From IMG/VR virus record IMGVR_UViG_3300028840_000792, positions 1 to 51,203 of that record: a stretch of DNA of 51,203 nucleotides; one strand, 5' to 3'. This document shows positions 45,372 to 51,203 of this stretch, piece after piece. The notes beneath the pieces were generated by a model, which did no database searches, was not told the DNA's origin, and saw only the letters and a program-made list of their open reading frames with translations. Positions within the stretch are counted from its first letter, which is position 1. The number at the start of each line of letters is the position of its first letter. A program made the position numbers and the translations under genes. This DNA is from a virus. Lineage: Duplodnaviria > Caudoviricetes.

Positions 45372-45887
45372 ATGGGTGTTCCTTCAGGGTATGTATCACC
45401 AGCTAAAAATCTATATCAGTTCCTGGATACTGATGGTGATGAATCAGGCACCATCAATGCTGTCGGTGACTACAGTTCAGAAGCAGAAGACTTCTTCATT
45501 CAACCTCCATCAGGATATATATACGAGATTTCAAGACTGATTGTTAACATACAGTCGGATTCTGTAATTGCTTCTGGAAAGTATGGCAGTGTCGCTGCTC
45601 TTACTAACGGTGTAAAAGCAATTGTTTCTCTTGATGGAGTAGAAACTCAAATTAATAAAGAAGCTATCAAGTCTCACGATGACTGGGCTGGAATCTGTCA
45701 TGATTCAGTTGCATTGAATTACGGTGCTTCTGCTGGTAAGTCAGTTTCAGTAAGATGGTCATTCTTCAAATCAGGAGCAAACATCTGGTTGAGAGACACT
45801 GATAAGTTTATCATGCGCCTTAATGACGATCTTCAAGGATTATCAAAGCATCGTTTCTTTGTTAACGGAATAAAACATACTGAATAA
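45372..45887 (+). CDS. Hypothetical protein, first gene of the head operon (possibly virion-associated)
   Basis: GAAAGGGG 9 nt before ATG 45372; beta-rich composition. Confidence 0.65.
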   Translation: MGVPSGYVSPAKNLYQFLDTDGDESGTINAVGDYSSEAEDFFIQPPSGYIYEISRLIVNIQSDSVIASGKYGSVAALTNGVKAIVSLDGVETQINKEAIKSHDDWAGICHDSVALNYGASAGKSVSVRWSFFKSGANIWLRDTDKFIMRLNDDLQGLSKHRFFVNGIKHTE

Positions 45888-45902
45888 GAAAGTGTACACA
45901 TT

Positions 45903-47159
45903 ATGACAGTTTATCGCTATGACAAGGGCGAAATTCGTTCAGCCCATTTTACTCCTGAGGGTTTTCTCGTTGTAGATGCCATAGTAACTCGTACTGGCGT
46001 GTTTATGTATAGGAACCAGGATGGTTCTCTAAGGAGAGAATTAAGACATCCTGATGATATACTTAAGAAAGACTCGCTTAAGTCGATGGAAATGTTACCC
46101 ATCACCCTGCTACATCCGAAAGAGAAGTCAGTGGATTCTTTGAACGCTTCCCGGTTGTCCAAAGGATTCACTGGCCAATCTGTCACAGTGGATGGTAAGT
46201 ATATAAAGAATCGTCTCGTTATAACACACCAAGACGCCATTGATGCTGTAATGAGCGGCATGGACGAACTTTCTCTTGGATATACAGTAAAGCTGGTTGA
46301 TGACGGTGGTGGTCAGTATGACGATCAGAGGTATGACTATAAACAAACTGAAGTATACTACAATCATCTTGCCATTGTACCAGCTGCTAGAGCTGGAAAA
46401 GAAGCCAAAATAAAACTTGACCAGGAAGATGCTTTCCAGTGTGTCATGCCTGCTGATGGTAAATGTTCTGGTAGTTGTTATACTTGTAGTTATTCTATTA
46501 AGCATCGTGGTGATTTACATATCGATAACACTGAACTACGAAAGAAAACAGACAAGAAAACTGATTCCAAACACCAAACAAAGGAGAAAAAAATGGAAAA
46601 AATCAGAATCGACGGAATCGAATACGAAGCGGCTCCTGAGGTAATCAACAAGCTCAAGAAGGAGACTGATCGTGCCGATACGGCTGAAAAGAGTCTGGAA
46701 AGTGCCACTAAAGAGAAATCAACTCTTCAGGCAAATCTGGATGAAGCCAACGACAAGCTGAAGAAAGCAGAAGAAACCAACAATGACGAAGCCATCCAAA
46801 CTGCAGTGAAGGCTCGTCTTGATTTGGTCGCTTTAGCTACTCCTCATCTCGATGAAGAGACTGTCAAGAAAATCGATCAGATGTCTGATAACGAAATCAA
46901 ACTGGCCGTTATCAAAGCTCACTTTCCTGAATTCAAGGAAGATGGCAGGGATGATGTATACATCCAGGCTCGTTTCGACGGTGCTGTCGAAATGAAAAAG
47001 GAAGAGAACAATGACGGAATTCGTTCTCAACGTCAGGCAACTTCAGGAAGAGAAGACAAAGATGACAAGAGCAATCGTGTCGATCAGGGTGCTTCTCGTA
47101 AGGACTACATCGACAATCTGAAGAACGGATGGAAGAAAACAGGCACAGACGACAAATAA
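45903..47159 (+). CDS. Prohead protease-scaffold (DUF2213-like)
   Basis: TPEGFL, RTGV..Y, PITL.HP, ELSLGY, NHLAIV..ARAG; coiled-coil C-terminus. Confidence 0.9.
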   Translation: MTVYRYDKGEIRSAHFTPEGFLVVDAIVTRTGVFMYRNQDGSLRRELRHPDDILKKDSLKSMEMLPITLLHPKEKSVDSLNASRLSKGFTGQSVTVDGKYIKNRLVITHQDAIDAVMSGMDELSLGYTVKLVDDGGGQYDDQRYDYKQTEVYYNHLAIVPAARAGKEAKIKLDQEDAFQCVMPADGKCSGSCYTCSYSIKHRGDLHIDNTELRKKTDKKTDSKHQTKEKKMEKIRIDGIEYEAAPEVINKLKKETDRADTAEKSLESATKEKSTLQANLDEANDKLKKAEETNNDEAIQTAVKARLDLVALATPHLDEETVKKIDQMSDNEIKLAVIKAHFPEFKEDGRDDVYIQARFDGAVEMKKEENNDGIRSQRQATSGREDKDDKSNRVDQGASRKDYIDNLKNGWKKTGTDDK

Positions 47160-47210
47160 ACTTCAACTAGTGTATACAACAATCGATTAACTCAAACAAG
47201 GAGAAATAAA

Positions 47211-47975
47211 ATGTCTCAAACATCTTACAACATTGAACAGGGCGAGGCGTACGCTGGTATGAAAGTGGACTCTCGTTTTGATACTGTTGAGAGTAAGCTG
47301 ATGGAAGCACCGGCTAACGCTGCAGTTCCCTTCGGTATCGGGCTTATGTCTGGTAATGAAGACGCTGTAAATCAGGTCAGGCGCCCAGCTAAGACTAAGT
47401 CAGTACTTACAGCAAGTACTGATTTGGTTACTTCCAACTCAACAATAGTTACTATCAACGGAACTGCTCTCGATCCGGTTGTGTATGCAGACAGTCATGC
47501 AGATACCATGGCTGCTATCGCTGCTGCCATTGAAGCAGATGATGCTGTACTTACAGCTACATATCCTGGTTCAGGTGATGATATAACTATCATTGGTGCT
47601 GATGGCGTTGCCATAGACGCTTCTGCAGTAACCACTGGTGGGGCAGGCCAGCCGACCTGGACTCAGGTTCAGTCAGACCCCGGCGTTGTTCGTGGTATTC
47701 TGGTACACAGGCACGTTGAGAAAGCCCAGACTACTGGAGTAGCGGCTCTCTATGATACCGATTCAGCTGATGTACTTCGTGTCGGTGAAATCTGGATGCC
47801 CTACACCGATACTCCTGAAGTTGATGCAGCCCTTTATTTTGAACTCGGTGCTGCTGGTTCTGAAGGATATGCTACTGACGAATCATCCGGAAACATCGCA
47901 GTACCTGGCGGAAAAATCAGGGAAGTAAACGCTACACTCGGACTTCTCAAAGCCAACATCAATCTGCCTCAGTAA
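47211..47975 (+). CDS. Capsid decoration / cement protein
   Basis: MSQTSY...AYAG, VPFG and VLR.G.IW motifs; lies between scaffold and major capsid genes. Confidence 0.75.
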   Translation: MSQTSYNIEQGEAYAGMKVDSRFDTVESKLMEAPANAAVPFGIGLMSGNEDAVNQVRRPAKTKSVLTASTDLVTSNSTIVTINGTALDPVVYADSHADTMAAIAAAIEADDAVLTATYPGSGDDITIIGADGVAIDASAVTTGGAGQPTWTQVQSDPGVVRGILVHRHVEKAQTTGVAALYDTDSADVLRVGEIWMPYTDTPEVDAALYFELGAAGSEGYATDESSGNIAVPGGKIREVNATLGLLKANINLPQ

Positions 47976-48021
47976 GCTATAAGCACAGGACAAATTTCAA
48001 CATAAACAAGGAGTAACAACA

Positions 48022-48963
48022 ATGGAAACAATCATAAGTCAAAATCTCGATGCGAATGAATCAGCATTCTTCGCTAGAGAGCTTGAGTATATCAAGGCCA
48101 AAACCTATGATATCAAGTACCCTGCGCTTAAGGCTACTATGCTGATTCCTCCGTCGACTGACGCTGGACCTGGCGCAGAAACAATCACTTATCAGCAGTT
48201 CGATCAGGTCGGTATAATGAAGATTATATCGAACTATGCTGACGATCTTCCTCGTTCTGATGTATTCGGAGTGGAATATACATCCAAGGTGAAATCCCTC
48301 GGTGGTTCCTATGGATACAACATTCAGGAAATCAGGAATGCCAACATGGCTGGTCGTCCTCTCAATTCTCGTAAGGCTGCCTCTGTAAGGAAAGCAAATG
48401 ACCTTCGAGTAGACAGGATCGCCTGGTACGGCAATGCAAAAGCCGGTCTTCTCGGTCTCTTCAATCAGCCCAACGTACCAGCAGGTGCTGTAGTTAACCC
48501 GGGTTCAGGAACTGAGTGGGTGAATAAAAACGCCCAGCAGATGCTGGATGACCTCAACACTTCAGTCACTTCAATCGAAGAGACTACAAAAGGTGTTGAA
48601 GTACCGGACACCATTCTTCTGCCTATTGCACAGAATCGTAGAATTTCTACGACTGTCATGGGTACCGGCACCGACACTACAGTCAAGGAATTTTTCCTTA
48701 AGAACAACCCCGAAATCAAGATGATCGAGTGGGTCAATGAACTTAAGGATGTGACTCCTCTCCCCTCTGGAGATGCAGGGACGAAAGATATCGGTGTTAC
48801 TTACAAGAGAGACCCCGATATTCTTACTCTCGAAATTCCTCAGCCTTTTGAGCAGTTCCCGGCTCAGGAAAGAAACCTTGAGTTCGTGGTGCCTGCTCAT
48901 TCCCGTATTGGCGGAGTAATAGTTTATTACCCGCTTGCCATCGATATTTTCGAAGGCATCTGA
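48022..48963 (+). CDS. Major capsid protein (DUF2184-like, HK97 fold)
   Basis: FFARELEYI, GL.N.P and GGV..YYP motifs; C3-rich codon usage consistent with high expression; strong RBS. Confidence 0.92.
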   Translation: METIISQNLDANESAFFARELEYIKAKTYDIKYPALKATMLIPPSTDAGPGAETITYQQFDQVGIMKIISNYADDLPRSDVFGVEYTSKVKSLGGSYGYNIQEIRNANMAGRPLNSRKAASVRKANDLRVDRIAWYGNAKAGLLGLFNQPNVPAGAVVNPGSGTEWVNKNAQQMLDDLNTSVTSIEETTKGVEVPDTILLPIAQNRRISTTVMGTGTDTTVKEFFLKNNPEIKMIEWVNELKDVTPLPSGDAGTKDIGVTYKRDPDILTLEIPQPFEQFPAQERNLEFVVPAHSRIGGVIVYYPLAIDIFEGI

Positions 48964-49062
48964 TTTCTTCTGCTGGTGTGGAAGGAAGCCACGCTGGTAT
49001 ACCGTGGTCAAGCCTCGCTAGGGGTGTATACCATCTAAACTCAACCAGCAGGAGGCATCATG
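48961..49062 (+). promoter_or_regulatory. Stem pairing the MCP stop region with the SD/start of the next gene
   Basis: CTTCTGCTGGT (48967-77) / ACCAGCAGGAG (49044-54); inner TGGTATAC/GTATACCA. Confidence 0.55.
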
Positions 49063-49440
49063 CTCATTAAAAGAACAAAGGTCAACATTTTCAGGATAGG
49101 TAACATACGTATCTATCCTGGTGTGACCGAAATTACTGATGAGGAACAGATACAAATCCTCACCAATCATCCATCGTGGCAACCGATGATTGACAATGGC
49201 ACTCACATCATCATTGAGAAAGAATCATCAGGCAAGTCTGAAGAACCTACTGCAGACATTGCTGAGATGAAAGCCAATGACGCTATTGCTGTTATCCGTG
49301 AGACTCTGGCCATACCTATTCTGGAGAATATGTATAACAGAGAGATGGATGACAAGGGCAGAAAATCTGTCCTATCCGCCATAACAGACCAGATAGAAGA
49401 AATCAGGAAACCACCTGAAGCTCCGAAAGACGAGGAGTAG
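49060..49440 (+). CDS. Hypothetical head-associated protein
   Basis: Follows MCP; I.PG and E....GRKSV..AI..QI pattern. Confidence 0.65.
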   Translation: MLIKRTKVNIFRIGNIRIYPGVTEITDEEQIQILTNHPSWQPMIDNGTHIIIEKESSGKSEEPTADIAEMKANDAIAVIRETLAIPILENMYNREMDDKGRKSVLSAITDQIEEIRKPPEAPKDEE

Positions 49441-49446
49441 TCTTCG

Positions 49447-49860
49447 ATGGCTGTTAACACTGTAGCAGAAATTGTCGCTGTGAAGAGTCCCAGTCATGCT
49501 GGTGACTCTCGCATCGGCGATTTTGACACTCTTGCCAAGCATCACATAGCTCAAGCACCATTTGGAGACAAGTGGGTTTATGCCAGAGCTCTGCTAGTTT
49601 TACACTGGCTTACACTTGATGCTCAGGGTGGTGGCTCTTCGTCAACATCAGGAAGTGGTGTTGTAGGTGGAATTAAGTCTGAGAAAGAAGGAGACCTTGC
49701 TCGTTCTTACGGAACAATAGGAGGAGGGATTAACGAAAAAAATGCTTATCTAATGAGTACATCATTTGGAGCTGAACTGGTACAGTTATGGAAGGCTTGC
49801 TTGATACTTCCACAGACACGGAGAGTTGGTGCTCTTAATGCATCGATCATTACAAGGTAA
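49447..49860 (+). CDS. Head-tail connector (DUF4054-like)
   Basis: ALLVLHWL, SEKEGDLARSY and STSFG motifs. Confidence 0.8.
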   Translation: MAVNTVAEIVAVKSPSHAGDSRIGDFDTLAKHHIAQAPFGDKWVYARALLVLHWLTLDAQGGGSSSTSGSGVVGGIKSEKEGDLARSYGTIGGGINEKNAYLMSTSFGAELVQLWKACLILPQTRRVGALNASIITR

Positions 49861-50339
49861 TGGCAAAACGAAGAATCAAAGATGTTGACAAGGGCTGGGG
49901 TAGAATCAAGAAAGACCTTAGGGAACTTGATTACAGCCATACTAAAGTTGGCATACAGCAGTCTTCTAATCTTGGTGATCGTAGTCTTGGTGAAATGGCT
50001 ACAATAGGTGCAGTACACGAATTTGGAGCGCCAAAAAGAAGTATACCGACACGTTCCTATATGAGGACAACATTCGATGAACAGCAACGTGAAATAAGGA
50101 AGCTGACAGAACAATTAAAAAGCAAAGTAATGCAGGGAAAAATCAGCACAGAAAGAGGTCTTGCTATCCTTGGTGAATTTATGGCTACCAAAATAAAACA
50201 AAAAATTACGGATTTAAAATTTCCTCCTCTTAAGAATCCTTCGTTAAGAAGAAGAGGAAGTCCGGGTGCTGTCCCTAATCCATTGGTAGATACTGGCCAG
50301 TTAAGAGCATCAATAACACACAGTGAAGTAATTAAATGA
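49860..50339 (+). CDS. Neck / tail completion protein (HK97 gp10-like)
   Basis: KVGI, HEFG....IP.RS..R and PLVDTGQLR.SI motifs. Confidence 0.8.
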   Translation: MAKRRIKDVDKGWGRIKKDLRELDYSHTKVGIQQSSNLGDRSLGEMATIGAVHEFGAPKRSIPTRSYMRTTFDEQQREIRKLTEQLKSKVMQGKISTERGLAILGEFMATKIKQKITDLKFPPLKNPSLRRRGSPGAVPNPLVDTGQLRASITHSEVIK

Positions 50340-50683
50340 GTTCATTCAGAACATACACACTTGACGCTAAAAGGTACGATGGCAGCACAAACACAAAAGG
50401 CCGGTGGTCTCCTGGAGCTGAAACACCATTTACTTTTATTGCCAGTGTTCAACCATTAAGAGGTAGCGAATTACTGACACTACCAGAAGGTCAGAGAGAA
50501 AGAGAAACATACAAGCTATACACGAGTACTAAGTTAAACGGGGCTAACGAATCAAACAAAACAAAGCCAGATAAAATTCAATTATTCGATAAGACTTTTG
50601 AAGTGTTAATAGTGGAGATATGGCAGAATAAAGTTATACCACACTATAAAGTAATTGTGAGTAAAATAGATGCCGACTTTTGA
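50336..50683 (+). CDS. Head closure / stopper protein
   Basis: ASVQP....L..LPEG.R and K.YT motifs; gene order. Confidence 0.72.
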   Translation: MSSFRTYTLDAKRYDGSTNTKGRWSPGAETPFTFIASVQPLRGSELLTLPEGQRERETYKLYTSTKLNGANESNKTKPDKIQLFDKTFEVLIVEIWQNKVIPHYKVIVSKIDADF

Positions 50684-51203
50684 CCAAATGAAAGATACAA
50701 TTTATGATGTAATCAATGGTCTTACATTGGTTGCTGTAGATTCTATTGAATATCAGTTTCAAAATTCTCCGCATCCTGATAAACCATACTTTGCTCTGTT
50801 GCTTACATCATTTCTTAAAATTGGAAGAGATGGGTTCACTGACCCTGATGAATCAGGTGTATCATCAATGATTGGTAACAGAGATTTTACTCTTCAGATT
50901 TTAGGATTTGGAAGTGGGATTGTTGAAAAGACAACACAGCTTCAAACATCTTTTGAGAGACCTGATATACACGAATTGTTCAGAGATGGAGGAATATTCC
51001 CCTATAATATTGACCAGCCCGTTCAAGATATATCAGGTCTCGATGATTCTGAAAATGAAGAACGATCTTCTTGGGATGTCATGATGAGAACTGATTCTGT
51101 CATCACAGGAGTGCCTGTCGGTCTCATTCTTAAAGTAAACGGAGAAGGAACATACAAGCAGTTGGGAAAACCAGATATAACGAGAGACTTAAGCATAGAT
51201 TCA
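50670..51203 (+). CDS. Putative neck/tail terminator protein (180 aa across the circular junction, ending at 153)
   Basis: ATG 50670 is open to the end of the window and continues through the overlap to TAA 151-153; it sits directly before the sheath gene. Confidence 0.75.
   Translation, partial: MPTFDQMKDTIYDVINGLTLVAVDSIEYQFQNSPHPDKPYFALLLTSFLKIGRDGFTDPDESGVSSMIGNRDFTLQILGFGSGIVEKTTQLQTSFERPDIHELFRDGGIFPYNIDQPVQDISGLDDSENEERSSWDVMMRTDSVITGVPVGLILKVNGEGTYKQLGKPDITRDLSIDS
51060..51203. repeat. Terminal overlap identical to 1-144
   Basis: 144-nt exact match read by eye. Confidence 0.95.

Noticed and set aside
48961-49038. Stop-codon read-through extension of the major capsid protein
   Set aside because: The frame closes again at TAA 49036-38 and does not join the next gene.
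725-50114. Minus-strand and short out-of-frame ORFs in the ORF track
   Set aside because: They lie within well-supported + strand genes, lack recognisable motifs, and look like antisense shadows.
51060-51203. Biological direct terminal repeat
   Set aside because: It falls mid-gene in the neck operon and the ORF reads through it; this fits an assembler overlap of a circular or permuted genome.
1-51203. tRNA genes, integrase/repressor, introns/inteins, alternative genetic code
   Set aside because: No cloverleaf, recombinase or splicing motifs were seen by eye. Core genes are uninterrupted and of normal length under code 11, with all three stop codons used.

Overview
An apparently complete, circularly permuted genome (about 51,059 bp; bases 1-144 are repeated at 51060-51203) of an AT-rich, contractile-tailed dsDNA phage. 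All credible genes lie on the + strand. I saw no integrase, repressor, tRNA or CRISPR array, so it is probably lytic. Modules: tail and baseplate (169-17530), with a 6.6-kb adhesin-like insert; replication and recombination (17892-27671: H1-like protein, SNF2-like helicase, RuvC-like resolvase, Cas4-like nuclease, Sak4-like ATPase, SSB, family A polymerase, primase-helicase); a nucleotide-metabolism cluster (27671-33113); short early-type genes (33410-36226); and packaging, head and neck genes (36308-51203). Four leads stand out. (1) A candidate undescribed DNA base-modification pathway: dUTPase/dCTPase-like, UDG-fold, NDT/MilB-like, HD hydrolase, dNMP kinase, radical SAM-SPASM and a ThyX homologue with a remodelled active site. 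(2) Genome-wide avoidance of GATC except where it overlaps a CpG. (3) A 1300-aa MuF head protein carrying two GNAT domains, a JAB domain and an ADP-ribosyltransferase. (4) Several structured non-coding elements, including a pseudoknot/terminator/anti-SD leader upstream of the capsid operon. Family assignments come from motifs read by eye plus gene order; no database searches were run.
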